Part shown: piece after piece, positions 14,039-27,299 of the stretch | How positions within the stretch are numbered: position 1 is the stretch's first letter | Layout: every line of letters begins with the position of its first letter | Assembly (NCBI RefSeq): GCF_009914755.1 | Contig: NC_060938.1 | Direction: 5' to 3' (one strand) | From: the human T2T-CHM13v2.0 reference genome, Homo sapiens | DNA: 64,000 bases | Notes under the pieces: model-generated | What the model saw: the letters and a program-made list of their open reading frames with translations, nothing else | What the model was told of the DNA's origin: nothing | The model's database searches: none | Program-made: the position numbers and the translations under genes

Positions 14039-14604
14039 AAGAACTTGGAGCAAAGAAGAGACTCAGTACAAGTCTGAGCTGTAACAAAGAGATTCCCATT
14101 ATCTTTCCATTCAAATATGTTTCCTAGGGACAGGAGTCAAAGGTCAGAGTGAAGCATAAATCCTCAGGGCTCAGACATCTAGCAATCAAATCTGGGATTT
14201 GTGCCACCTATGGGTGAGCCATGTGGGTTTGGGGAGGTTGGTCACCCAAAAGCAACTGTTTATTTATTGAATGGCTCTCCCCACCAGAATAAAAATGCCT
14301 ATTAAATAGGCACTTTGTTGTTTTTTCCTGTCCAGAGCAAAGCGTAGCCCAGAGTTGGTATTTAATAAGTATACACTGTCTGAATGCAGACTTCTTTTCT
14401 GCCACTTTTCTCTTAAGGTAATTATGTCAAATGCTTTTGTTTCCCTGCTCTGCATTGCGCCCATCCCACCGTCAATCATACACCATCATTATTATGATCC
14501 CCATCAAGAGTTTCTGGGGTTTTCAGAGTTTTCATAACAGAAAGACTTTCATGATTAGTCACATATCCTGTGAAACGCATGGTTATAATTATAAAAATAT
14601 CCAT

Positions 14605-14820
14605 AATATCCAAAACTTACTGACAGCTTATGTTAAACCAGGCATTGTGTAAATAGCTAAATAGGTAATGCTCACCACAAAAAATCCCCATTTTACAGAT
14701 GATATAATTCAGGCTTACAATGAGAGCGCATAAATAACTTGTCTGGGGTCACACAGAAAAGAGTAAGGAATTATACCTAAAGCGAATTGATTTTAGACTC
14801 AATTTTGACAATTAAACTAC
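14605..14820 (-). mobile_element. MIR
   Basis: ccccattttacagatga...aacttgtctggggtcacacag. Confidence 0.7.
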
Positions 14821-15504
14821 AGAGCTTGACACAATCACAATGAGAATGTAAATCTTTTATACCAAATCCTTTGTTCTTTCCAAGACCTCCCCTTGAAAAA
14901 TATGTTATGCTCTAAATCCATGGGTTGAGACTGCAGAATTTAGTACGATTTCCCTGGCTCTGAAACCAAAGGCATTTTGTCTCTTCACAAAGTGAGTGGA
15001 CATAGAAAGTGCCTATAAAACAGCTGAGGGCTTGTTTTCAAGCTGTATTGAAAACCTTAGGACTGGGATGGTTCCCAGGCAGAGCATGTGAGCAGACAAT
15101 CTCTTCAGTGGGCAGGTACACAGTGGCAGCTGCAGTGATTCCTGAGGAGGAGTCAGATGTCACAGCCCTCTTCAGTTAGGTTATCCCAGGCCTGCCAGCT
15201 CTGTGTACCACTGCACTTTAGACAGACTGTGACTGTTTGCAGACATGAGGCTTAGGGAAGCCACACACACCAGGCACTCCTATCAACTTCTCCATGGTAA
15301 GGCCAGAGAATAACCACCCCTAGGCATCCTGTCACCTCAGCAGGGCCGAGAACAAGTCCCTGTACAGTCACTGCAGTCCTCACTGCATAGCACTCAGAGG
15401 CAGACAAGAGAATCTCTGACCATGATTAATGCCCCCACAGTTCCCATCTGAAGAAGGAGCTGTCAGCAATTCAGATCTCCATTTCAGAAGAAATAGTATT
15501 CTGT

Positions 15505-17590
15505 TGTACTAGTTAGGGGACCATTTCAGCTGCTGAAACAGAAGCTAAGGGAAGAATGACTTGAATAAGAGAGCTTATTTTTCTCCAAGGTAAGAGTTCA
15601 TACAGAGCAGTCAGGACTGCAGACTGCCCCACAGTGTCAAGAAACTAGGCATCTCCATCTGGTACTTTGATACCTCCAGCATGCAGATTCTAACTTGTGG
15701 TCCATAGTGGCTGCTCCAGTGCCTTCCATCATGTTTATATTCCAGCCAGCAGAAACGGAGAGGAAGGGAAGTTGAAGAGGAGGACATGTTTCTTCCTTTT
15801 AAGACTTCAGCAAACAATTAGCACTCAGACCTCCCACTCACACACCATTGGGCAGAATTTAGTCAAGCAAACAAGTGTCATGGGAGGCTAGAAAATGTAG
15901 TCTCTAGCTGGGAAGCCAAACAGTTGGGTAAATCATATGACCAAAAGAAGGAAAAATGGATATTAGAGCATGTGCTTCCCATTTTTACTGACAAAATATT
16001 GATACATACCCTTCCTCTTAGGCATGGAATACCCTCCCATCATCCCCAAGAGAGATAACTTAAAGTTCTGCCCAATTTCTGCAGGCAGCTCAAATTTAGT
16101 AACTCTGGGAGTTGCACGGTTCTCTCCATTAGGTCTGATATGGATGCCCAGAGTCTGAGCTATCTACAAGCCATTGCTCTAGAGCAACATGGTTGAGTAG
16201 AGTCAGGGCAACTGCAGTGAAAACCCCCGTTCAGGAAACAGGTGAATGGAAAGGATGGCAGTTCCTTGCCCATGGCCATTTGCACATCATGCTGGGCAGT
16301 GAAACAAATTCTTTGGGTAACCTGTCTGGCAGCTCTCTGGATTTTCTAGGAGAAACGCCCTTGTCTGTTATCTTTCATGGACTCACATACAATGAAAACT
16401 GAACAGTGTTTCTTTTTCAGGGTTGCACAGGTTTGCTGTCTGTTTCCTAGTGGTGCATATAGGAACGTCTGGGGTTACTTTAGGGGTTGAAAAATCAGAC
16501 TTTTGCTGGCTGGGCTTGCAATTTCTTTGGAAAAACTATTTTCTCAAAAACATAAAGATGTATTTGCTTCCAAACACTTCCCAGTTTAAGCAACCACAAC
16601 CAAAATTCTCCTTTAGACCTATCATAGTAAATGAAATTTCTTGTGTTTATGTACTTTATTTATTGGCCTTCATGCTCTACCCAACTCCCTCTACCATCCT
16701 CTTTATGGTGATTTTGAGGACATCTGAAACAAAAGCCCTGGATGGGAGCACAATGTTTATAATCTGATTTTGCAGTAGGAATGGCTCCCATTATCTAGCC
16801 AGAAGCACTGAAGAAGGTACCTGAGAAAGGCTTGGGGCCACTGAAACAGCTGCTGCTGTTGCTACTTCCTTATCACTTGAGTTCATCTCTTTGGTAGTCC
16901 TGCAAATAACAGGAACAATCATCCAACACCAACTACCACCCTGTTTTTCCAACCAGTTCTGCTACAGTCACATACTCTGGTGGCATAATGTGGTCTTCTG
17001 AGATGCTGCAGGTGACGGTTTTACTAAACGTTTTGCCCTGCCATGCCCACCTACCACGTTGTCAACTGTGAGGTAAATATGCTCAGTTTTATGTCTTAGT
17101 GTGGTAGCACCCCCTGTCTAAATCCCAAATTCTCTATTAGCTGCTCTAGAAAAAGCTAAAATAATAGTGGGTTAAACAAAATCATTAATTCTCTTTCTGG
17201 GACGTTCTGGGCTTACGTAGACTAGGGCTGTTATAGCAGCCCTCTGCCAATCAGGCACCCAGGCTCCTTCTGCCCAGCTGCTGCGCCTCCTCAATGAGTC
17301 ACTCCCACACTGTGGTGTAATGTTCCTGCTTTATTTGCTGATGCATTCTAATCACCAGAAAGGGGGAAGGTCATGCAGGGCACATGACCTTAATTTGGGT
17401 GTATAACATGCAGTTGGCATGCCTCACTTCTATCACACCCCATTAAGCCAGAAGTAAGCCATATAGCCACCCGCAGGTTTGAGGAATTCTAGAAAATAAG
17501 GAGTCTTCAGCTAGATAAGCATAGACTCTGGAATTCTATTACAAAAAAACAAATGGGAAAAGGAATACTAGGGACAATCTGTGGTCTTCA
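15505..17590 (-). mobile_element. MLT1 (J-like) MaLR with LTR-internal-LTR structure
   Basis: Two same-orientation MLT1-like LTRs (~15505-15993 and ~17135-17590) flank ~1.1 kb of MaLR-internal-like DNA; PBS-like junction ccaaattctc|tattag. Confidence 0.65.
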
Positions 17591-18486
17591 GAGGATTAAT
17601 TGACTCCAAAACTGGACTGGAGAAAGTTTTAAAAAGCTTTTCATTCAACTCTCCAGCTATAAGCATGAGAGCTGAGAAAAGAGGGCAGAACAAGATGGAG
17701 TTGGTAAATTCAGTATTTGTAATTTACGGTCTTTTTCCTCTATGGAAGCAGTTTGGAAATAAGTCAAACTCCACAAAGAGAAAGCTCAAAATCCACAGTC
17801 AAGGTAGGACAAAATTTCTTATCAACACATTGATTCTCTAACGCTAACAAATCTTGAAGGTAGAAATGTCAATTCTGGGATAATGACAGGCTGAAGGTAT
17901 AGTCAGTATGTTTAAAAAAAAAATCCCTGAGAGACAGGGTAAATTCTGCTTCAATGAAAGTGAGCGTATCTTTATTAGAGTTGACAGAGATCATTAAAAA
18001 GTGAAAGCAGGAACCCGATATATTGATGACACCTCTAGAAGTTGGCCTTACAACCACAAGCTGTATTCAGCGGAGTATGTTTTTTCCTGTCTCATGCAAT
18101 GAAATCCAATCTCATAGAAGTTTTTATTTGTTCAGAGTGATAGATAAGCCTCCTAAAGTATGGTTTAAATCAATATTCTATTCCCCAAGTTAACTGAAAC
18201 TGCACATTCATTTAATGAATAGATATACATGCAACTTTATAAACACACAGCCATAATACAAAAAAAATGGGGAGGGTTACCCAAAACAGAACTTTGCTTT
18301 GTAGGATGCTCTTTCTTGAGTTTCTAATAATGAAATAAATAACATATTTCACATTGCCTAATGAAATATCTTATATTGTCTGTTAGTAGGCTGGCTTTAT
18401 CAGCTAGCATGAAAACTGGAATCTGAGGAGATTAAAAAGAAATTGAATCAAATGATAATAGTTAACATTTATTAAATGTTAATAGG

Positions 18487-18861
18487 TGTATTAGTCTGTT
18501 CTCACGCAGCTAATAAAGACATACCTGAGACTGGGTAATTTATAAAGGGAAGGGGTTTAATTCACTCACAGTTCAGCATGGCTGGGGAGGCCTCATGAAA
18601 CTTACAATCATGGCAGAAGGGGAAGCAAAGTCCTTCTTCACATGGCAGCAGGGGAGAGAAGAATCAGTGCCCAGCAAAGGGGATAGCTCCTTATAAAACC
18701 ATCCAACCTCATGAGAACTAACTCATTATCAGGAGAACAGGATGGGAGAAACCACCCCCATGATTCGATTATCTCCACCTGGTCCCTCCCACAACATGCG
18801 GGAATTAAGGAAACTACAATTCAAGATGAGATTTGAGTGGGAACACAGCCAAGCTATACCA
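18487..18861 (-). mobile_element. THE1 (C/D-like) MaLR solo LTR
   Basis: tgtattagtctgttctcac...gagactgggtaatttataaag...aattcaagatgagatttg; TSD ATAGG/GTAGG. Confidence 0.93.
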
Positions 18862-18917
18862 GTAGGATTATTAAGTGTTAATAGGTTAACCAGCACTTAA
18901 AAGCTGCCCATTTCTGT

Positions 18918-19052
18918 TCATACATATATATACACACACACACACACACATATATGTGTGTTCATACATATATGTGTGTGTATGTATATATGTGTGTGTA
19001 TATATGTATGTACGTGTATGTGTGTGTATATATCTGTATACACACACATATG
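18918..19052. repeat. Compound (TA)/(CA)/(TG) microsatellite
   Basis: Seen directly; alternating purine-pyrimidine. Confidence 0.9.
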
Positions 19053-19059
19053 TTTTACA

Positions 19060-19250
19060 ACTCAGTTGATTCTCCCAATAATCTTAATAGTGAGATGCCA
19101 TTGTTTTTCCCATATACAAATTAAAAAAAAAAAAAAAAGAGCCTCAGAGAGGGTAAGAAACTTGCCCAAGGTAATACATCTATTAAGCGATGAGCCCAGG
19201 CTTCAGATCTAACCCATTAATCAAGAGATCTTGAATGCTTTACAACCCAC
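19060..19250 (-). mobile_element. MIR
   Basis: cagagagggtaagaaacttgcccaaggt. Confidence 0.75.
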
Positions 19251-19802
19251 CAACTAGAATCCGGATTTTTTTTTCAGAATTTTATGCTTAGTTATTTCTA
19301 CTGGTAGTAAATTAGAATGATTAAGGGTAATTAGGCATTTTGAGGCCTTCTATGTGCTAGTTACTGCAAAGAATCTCCTAGCCTTGGTGAGTCCCCTGTA
19401 TTCACCCTTCCTCGGTAGTTCAAGTACATCTTTCCTAAAACTGCACCCCTGTACAAAATGATAATCTTTAAATATATTGCCTCAAGGCACCTACAAACTC
19501 TAATCTTATACAAATAATCCACATCTCAAAAACCCCTCAATACAGTCATCAATGATTATCAGTTATGACTACTATAATTCCCTAAGACTTCCACTGTAAT
19601 TGATTGACTTGAAATGTTCTAATACACCTCTTATGGGGGAGAAGTTGAGGAAACCAAGTACTAAATAAATTCCACAAATAGTCATACTGTTGTTTTCTAA
19701 AATCTAAATTACTGAATCATATCCAAACCTCAAATGAACACAAATTTGCAGACAAAAGATGTAATCATAATAGACAAGAGCAGGAGTCATTATAGACAAG
19801 AG

Positions 19803-20025
19803 CAGGAGTCAGCAAATTTTTTGAGTAAAAGCCAGAGGGCATATATTTTAGGCCTCTCAGGCCATGCCGTCTCAGTAGCAAGCACTCAACTCTGCCATTG
19901 TAGCACGAAAGTAGCATACAAAACCATAAAATGATTGGGCATAACCATATCCTCATAAAACTTATCTATAAAAAATAGACATCAGATCAGATTTGGCCCC
20001 TAGGCCAGTAGTCTGTAGACGGCTG
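19803..20025 (+). mobile_element. MER58A (hAT-Charlie)
   Basis: caggagtcagcaaa...ctcaactctgccattgtagc...gatttggccc; 8-bp TSD GACAAGAG/AACAAGAG. Confidence 0.9.
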
Positions 20026-21039
20026 AACAAGAGATTCACTAGAGTTCTGTAAAGGCACAAATATCATACAATCTTTAATTTGGGGAATTAGCTTATGAAT
20101 GGCATTAGGATGTTCCTTTATTTTTTTCTGGTACAGTCCTAACTTTCAATATTATTTCCTTTTTTTTCTTTGTGTTCATGACTGTCAGAAAAAGAATCCC
20201 GTTTTATAGTTCAGAAAGTGAATTTTTCACACCATCAGTAAGTGATATGACACAGAAGAAATTGTTGCTGGAACATGCACTCTATCCCAAAAAGAGCCTC
20301 TGCTATGTGCAATGGCTACCAAAGATCCTACTTGGTTAGTTTGCTGCCAAGTCCCATATCCTGCCAAGAGGTTATAAGAGTATTGAACTTACATAAACAT
20401 GACATATCCATTAGAATTTGTTTTTGGCTAATAGGAAGAGAACCAATTGAGTAAATTGAGTGCCACTGCCTATTGGGCATGGATTTCCTCATCAAGAACA
20501 CAAGATGAACGCAAGCCATGATTCCAGGCAGAAACAAAAGGAAAAGCAAGGAGTGACAAGAGATTCACTCTTAGCTGATTGAGCTGAAGGTCCACACAAT
20601 GACTTGAAGTTCACACAATGACTTCTACTTACAATTCATAGTCTCCCTTTAAGTGAATGATACTGGGAAATGCTATCCTTGAGATGTGCACACTACATTG
20701 TCAAATAAAATTAAAAGAATATTCTAACAGAAGATAGAGCATAGTCTGGGGAGAGGCAACCAGCCATCTCTGCCACCTAAGTTTCAAAGGAAGATTACTT
20801 CTTATCTTCTTCTTTGTTCTCGTTCTACTTATTCTCAGAAGCTAAAGTCAATTGAGTAATATGAAACTCCTCTTTCTACTTAGCATTGTTACACACAACT
20901 CTATTTCTGACTTTTCATACTCTTTTTCTCTCTTACAAATTACAAGTGAAAACTCCCGCCCAGAGGATGTGAACAAGCTGGAGTTGAAGGTAGAGCTCAT
21001 TTACTTTCGAGAAAAGTCTTCTTTGAGTCTTCATTCCCC

Positions 21040-21496
21040 ATTCCCCACACTTCCCTTCTGAGATTCATTCTTTGACCTGTCTGTCTGCTCTATGCCATGA
21101 AAAGCGACTTTCACGCATTGCATAATCTAGCCTTTGTTCAATGGATTCTGACTGGGTTTGACCAAGGGGATACATAAGCAGAAGATTGGAGACCAACAGA
21201 CAAGAGAAGTCATACATAGATACTGCTTGTCCGCACCTTCCCTACTCAAGTGAGGTTCTAGTGGTAGCTGTATCTATGACATCAGCTTCTGTGAGCAGCC
21301 AGCTTCCTTAGACCTCATGTCTTCTGATGCCCCTTTAGACCTGGGGTGATGAGAGCTTCCCGCTATTTCTGGGCACTGGATGCCTCAATATCCCTTGAAG
21401 ATTCCTAAACCCTGCCCTCCCCACTATAAACATTATCTTTATTAGCAAGTCTCTTCAGAACTGTCCATTTTCTGCCAGAACATTGACTCTGATACA
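21040..21496 (+). mobile_element. LTR33-like ERVL solo LTR
   Basis: gggtttgaccaagggg, agacctggggtgat, aaccctgccc and ...ctgataca terminus. Confidence 0.7.
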
Positions 21497-21689
21497 TCTT
21501 GCAACTGACTTGTGAATCCATCCTCCCCATTAGGCCAGAAGATAACAAAACTTGAGATTCATTCAACATGCTCAAGGAATGCTGGAAACTTTAGAGATCA
21601 CTGGAAATGGAAGTAAGACTCCTGTATGCACAGTGAATCAATACGAGCCTATGGCCATCCTGCTCCCTGCAACACTAACACCTGGCATG

Positions 21690-21900
21690 CTTTACTCATT
21701 CTTCCAGGCCAAGTCCAACATCACCTCATCTCTGAAGCCTTGCTCACTATCCATTCCCACCCTTAGGTGGCCTTTTCTGTGCCTTAAAATAATTTATGCA
21801 TATTACATTATAATTATCTATTGACATATTTAGTTCCTGCCTCTATGTGATTCTGACAGGCAGGAACCCTACCCTTCAGTCCTCTGTCCACAGTGCTAAC
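21690..21900 (+). mobile_element. L2 3' fragment
   Basis: catcacctcatctctgaagcctt...gacaggcaggaacc. Confidence 0.55.
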
Positions 21901-21971
21901 CCACACTCTAACACACTCCTCTCTGGGAACATGAAGAAGCAGTGTCACAGTGAGTTGGAAAAGTTAACTAA

Positions 21972-22321
<350 letters not shown>

Positions 22322-22369
22322 TGAAAAAGCCATTTTTAAGAATGTTTGCTGAATTGAACAACAATAAGA

Positions 22370-22650
22370 TTTGGAATCTGAGCCATGAGAAGAATGGTGG
22401 AACAGGTAATAGAAATTAGGATGTCTGGAAGGCAGCAGATAATAAGCAAGGGGATGTGTGTTCAGTCGATTGTGAATAACGTCGGGGAGGTATAACTGTG
22501 CAGGAGGAATCCAGAACCTACAGACTGACATTCAGTGGGACAGGACTAGAGGTAATGACTTGGGAGTCACCCAGATGGAGGCAGTTAGTTGAAGACATGC
22601 ACCAGGGAAATGTTTCCAAGGACAGGAGTGAAGAGCGGGGATCAACTCTT
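22370..22650 (-). mobile_element. L2 fragment
   Basis: Purine-rich L2 antisense (gatgtctggaaggcagc, tgggagtcacc). Confidence 0.55.
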
Positions 22651-23755
22651 CAGTCACCCGCCTTGATACCTGGGTCAGTGTTCTGTTTAATGCAGGGTTA
22701 AATCCACACTCCTCATCAACATCAGCTCCATTAGATAAAAGACCAAGCTAATTTGCTAACACTATTAAATACATAAAGCCATCAGAAGTAATTTAATGCT
22801 TATCAGATATGCTTACTCCCTAATAAACCCTTACCTACCCCTTATTTCAGCCTAATGAGAAAAATGGATTCAGAAAATGAATATATAATGAAGAATCCTT
22901 CCATTTATTTTCATGAAAGAATTAGAAGGGGGTTTAGACTGAAAGGGGTGGATTGGCATTTAAGGGGGCATTTAGCTGCTTCATTGACTCCTATTTCATT
23001 TCGGAGCGTGTGACGCACGGCTAAGGTTTGTCAACCTTTCATTAGCCTGGGCAATTCATCATAGTTAAATATCATTTAAGTTACAAATGCATTCCCACCA
23101 TTTAGCATGCATTGAATTTCCTTTAATTTACAAAAGAAATCACCAAACATCAGACAAATAAAGGAGCCAGTTTATCCTCTTCCATGAGGAAGAGCCCTGT
23201 GGAAGGACAGATCCTTGTGGGGCCACCAAACATATGCCCCAGGGAGCGTTTGCCATCACGAGAAATGGAGGAATGATTTCACCACTCTTCCCCCTGCGTG
23301 CTTTCCCTCAATCGATGCAAATCTCTCTCCTCTATGATTACCCCTCTGCCTTCCCCCACCTGCTGTTTAGGTGGCCCCAAAGAACCTGGGGCTTCTTAGA
23401 AGAGATGTTGGCAATCCCCTGGTAAGTCCCAAGGCCTCTGCTTTTCCAATGCAAACCCTGATGGGATCCTTGTGTCTGCCACCCGGCCAACTCTGCTTCT
23501 TCCAGCCTTCTAGGGTTACCTGATCCTGGAACGTTTAGTTAAAAATGACAAGCTCCGATGTCACCAGGCAATCTGCTCTATGTCCTCTTATTAATTCTGC
23601 TGGTTCCCTGGAAATGCTCACTCTGAGTTTCGGTCCTCAGAGAAATCAGTCTTATTTGGGTTCTCCTCCTAAAGATGTCTTGTCTTCCTTATATCAAGCT
23701 CATTGTGGATCGTGGCTTCTGTCCCAATTGCCAAAGAACCACTAACGCAAAACTG

Positions 23756-24310
23756 CTCATGTATTCATTCGTGCGCTGAATACAAATCAGGTTACCTAGC
23801 AGGTTCCTGACTCTGTGCTAGGCATGAGGATACAAGGTCAAGCGGCATAGCCATAGTCTATACTCTCACAAAGAGCACAGTGGAATGGCAGGAGGTAGCC
23901 ATGAAGCAAGCATGCACAATAAGATAATCATGTCATTACAAATGATGGTGGGAGCTAAGGAAGAAAAGGCAAGACAGTGTAACACCAGAGACTTCTCTTA
24001 AGCCGTGTAGCTAAAGGAGAGCCTCCCTGGAGATCTGACATTTAGGTTGAGATGTGAAGACTAAGCAGGAACCACCCCAGCAAAGTGTGTGGAGGGGGAG
24101 AAGAGTGGGAGGGTGTCTGGGGGATGTGGGAGGAGGATACTGGGATGGGAAGAGTGTGAGAATTGGAGAATGGCCCAAGTGACTGAAGCATGATGAGAAA
24201 GAGGGTGGAGGATGTGGTCAGGAAGGACTGCAAGCTGGGCAGGACTTGAGCTGATCTTATTTTTAAGATCCATCTGGTGACTTAGAAGATCATGAATTGG
24301 AGTGGGTGGG
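23756..24310 (-). mobile_element. L2 3' fragment
   Basis: tattcattc...ctgtgctaggc...gacatttaggttgagatgtgaaga. Confidence 0.7.
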
Positions 24311-24769
24311 GTGCAGTGAAAACCGTGTGTGTCACTGACTTTTACATGAGGTTTGGCTTCTCATAGGATGATGACATCACTCCAAGGAACAACAAACTAT
24401 TGAAAGTGGATTCTTATGCCACAAAGTTGAAAAGTTCCTTGATCTCCCTGAGGAACACACCACTCCCATTTCCAGCTAAGCATTCCCCAGGTCAGCCTCC
24501 AATCTGTTTGTCTTCTTTCCTTCTCTCAAATCCTCCCCTCCCTCTTCTTTATCCTCCATCTCCTTTCTCTCAGGCTTGCCTCTGAACCTCAGAGTTTTTT
24601 ATTTTTAATTTTTACTTTAATGCAAAGGGATTCAAACCTCTCCCTTGCTCCTTTTAGACCCTGCCTTGGGATGGAGGTAGACTCAATTTCCACACTCAGG
24701 AGAGCCCACCAAGGTATTTTTCTAAATAAAGACCCATTTCTCCTGAGATGACCATCTTGCAAGCCTCAT

Positions 24770-25200
24770 CAAAGTTATCCTCAGTCACTCTGATGCTGCG
24801 GAGCAACCAAGCTCAAAATCTAGTGGCAAATAACAAATGTCCATTGCTCACACATCTGGGGTGTCGAGCTAGGCACCTCTGCCCATCTCAGCTGAACCTG
24901 CTCTCATATCTGGGGAGTTTCTAGAGTGGCCTCTCCTGCAAGGCCACTTGGCTCCCCACATCTCTCATGTGGATGAGCAGATATATCCTTTTCACAGTGA
25001 TGGCAGGGAGCAAGTATAAGCAGAAGCACATAAGCACTTTCTCAAGTCTCTGTTTGCAACAAGACTGGTAACATTCCACCAGTCAAAGCAAGCCAGAGCT
25101 CTGAGCAAAGAATCAGAGAGAGGGGACTACAAAATAACATAGAAAAATGTGTCGGTGGGAGCAAGGAGATTGGGCCCATTAACTCAATCAATCTACCATG
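24770..25200 (-). mobile_element. MLT1 (G/H-like) MaLR LTR
   Basis: caaaatctagtggc...ctcagctg...gtcaaagcaag...tcaatctacca. Confidence 0.7.
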
Positions 25201-25269
25201 CCTTAGCTTAGGCAGAAGAGGTCATGGTCAGTTTTTGCTTTTATTTTTTAATTTCCTACATAATTTGAC

Positions 25270-25390
25270 CCCAAATAGTTTAAGTGACTTGCCCCAGGGC
25301 ATAGAATTTGGTAGGAACAGCTGCAGGCCAGAAGTCAGATCTCTGGACTTCCAATCCAATGCTCTTTCCACTCCACTATGCTACCTCCCT
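25270..25390 (-). mobile_element. MIR
   Basis: ttaagtgacttgcccc...ccaatgctctttccact. Confidence 0.7.
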
Positions 25391-25923
25391 GAAAGCCACC
25401 AATCACAAAGGACCATATTTATCTGTGCCTCCCCACCCCCGTAGGCCTGGCATGAAATAATTTAAAACTCCTGTGATTGAGCCAAGGGATCACGTAGCAT
25501 AATTGCAAGGAGAGAGAAACACACATCAAACTTTAAGTTTGGGCCACCACGTTGTCAGAGTATTTGAAATAGCCCAATAATTAGAAATTAAAATTGCTTA
25601 CCTAATTTTACTTCTCTGAGAGATTGTGATTCAGGCTTGAAAAAGCTGAAGTTATTACACCTACCCAGAGGTCCCATAAGGATAACACTTTTACATTTTC
25701 ACTAACTGCACATACATCTTTTCTATTTATGCTCAACAAATCAATGTAAGCCTATTTTTTCTGCATTTCATGCTGAAAATGCTCCCTTACTCCCCAATCT
25801 GTTTAGACATATGCACTGGATACTAGGAACCTGACGACAATTCTTTATAGATTTTACTTCTGTTTTGTGAGACAGGGGGTTCTCTCTTTTTTTTCTCTCT
25901 CCTGACGGATCTCTACTCTAAAT

Positions 25924-26122
25924 CAGTAGTACTCAAATGGGAGCAATGTCTGGAGATATTTTTCATTGTCACATGTGGGGGAAATGCTATGGCATCTAGT
26001 CCTAGTGACTAGAGGGCAGGCATGCCACTAAACATCTTATAGTACACAGGATGCCCCCCACCCACCACAGCAAAGGGTTATCCAGTCCAAAGTGTCAACA
26101 GTGCTGAGTTTAAGAAGCCCTG
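25924..26122 (+). mobile_element. MER20 (hAT-Charlie)
   Basis: gcaatgtctggagatatttt...ggcatctagt...gtgtcaacagtgctgagtttaagaagccctg. Confidence 0.88.
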
Positions 26123-26354
26123 CTTTCAATAAATAAGATATCAGTGCATGGGTTGCAGGCATCTACCAAACTGAATACAGAAGATCTTTTTAAAGGTTAA
26201 GATCATCTGCCCTGTGAAGATAATGCTTTACTGAAACAATACAGATGGCGGCCAACCTGAACTGGAAATGTTGGTTCCATATTTCGTCATTCCTCTATCT
26301 AGTTATAATCTTCCCTTCGAGTCACATCATAGTCACAAAAGGGCAGAAGGATGT

Positions 26355-26590
26355 AGAGTGAGTGAGGGGGACATACAGGTCTTGGCGATAGACAGCTCTG
26401 ACATTGAATCCCAGTTGGCCAATGACTAGTTGAATGGCATTTGTCAAATTTACTTATTCACCCTCTGCTATAGTTTCTCCTCTGGAAAAAAAATGGGAAT
26501 ATGGCCAACTACCTCACAGGATTGTTGGAAGGATTAATTTAGACAGTCTATATAAACTCTCTGGCCCAGCCTAAGTGTTAAGTAATTGCC
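26355..26590 (+). mobile_element. MIR
   Basis: ttgaatcccag...ctacctcacaggattgttggaaggattaa. Confidence 0.75.
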
Positions 26591-27299
26591 ATTTCCCACT
26601 CATTCATATGGAAACTCTGCTTAATTTCCAACCTGGATCTTATACTTTAATTCTTTAGGACAAGCCAGACTCTACTAAGAGCCAACAAGTACCTAATGAG
26701 AAAAAAAAATTGGTTAATGAGATTCCTGGCTCATATTTTTCATTCCCAAGAGATCTGGCTAGTTCAGATGGGGTTTACAGGAGCATCTGAACTAAACTCT
26801 GCCCACTTGTTACTAAGTTTCTATGCTTATATATTCAGATCACTTTCACATTAACCAGCTGATAGGTCCAATGGCCTTTAGAGGAGCAGAGGTCTCAAAA
26901 ATGGTTAAATGTAAGTCTGAAAACAGATGCTGGAAGCAAATATATTCTAACAGGGTAACCATCTATGATACCTTCTGGAAAATGATTGACAATGTTGCCC
27001 AAGGCAGAAACCACTGAGCCAATGTTGGTAAGTTTAGGTGACAGCCAAGCTCATTCTTATTCCTCCTGGAGGTCCTTCAGCCTTCAGGGAACTAGGAACA
27101 CCCCTCTGAAATGTACTCCCATCCCCTCTAAAATTAGTGTCCTTCCAAATATACTCACAGTTGAAGAGGGAATTTGCTATTGCAAATTAGCAATAGGTAT
27201 CACATTCAAAAGCATCTTCCCTGTTTTAGTAGAAATATGTACTGATGTATGATTTCAGAGCTATTTGTAGAAAGTCCAATCACTTTTGCAAATCACATT

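Noticed and set aside
18482-18866. Both THE1 LTRs (18.5 and 57.9 kb) have ATAGG/GTAGG flanks
   Set aside because: 5-bp coincidence; the elements differ in subfamily and orientation, and the 57.9-kb mismatch fits CpG decay
20593-20624. Short direct repeats (CACACAATGACTT x2; also 449-477, 9741-9771, 38374-38397)
   Set aside because: Ordinary slippage micro-duplications with no evident function
20947-20989. Possible 43-nt plus-strand exon (ENSRPEDVNKLELK)
   Set aside because: AAG acceptor offset from the pyrimidine tract and a weak GTAGAG donor
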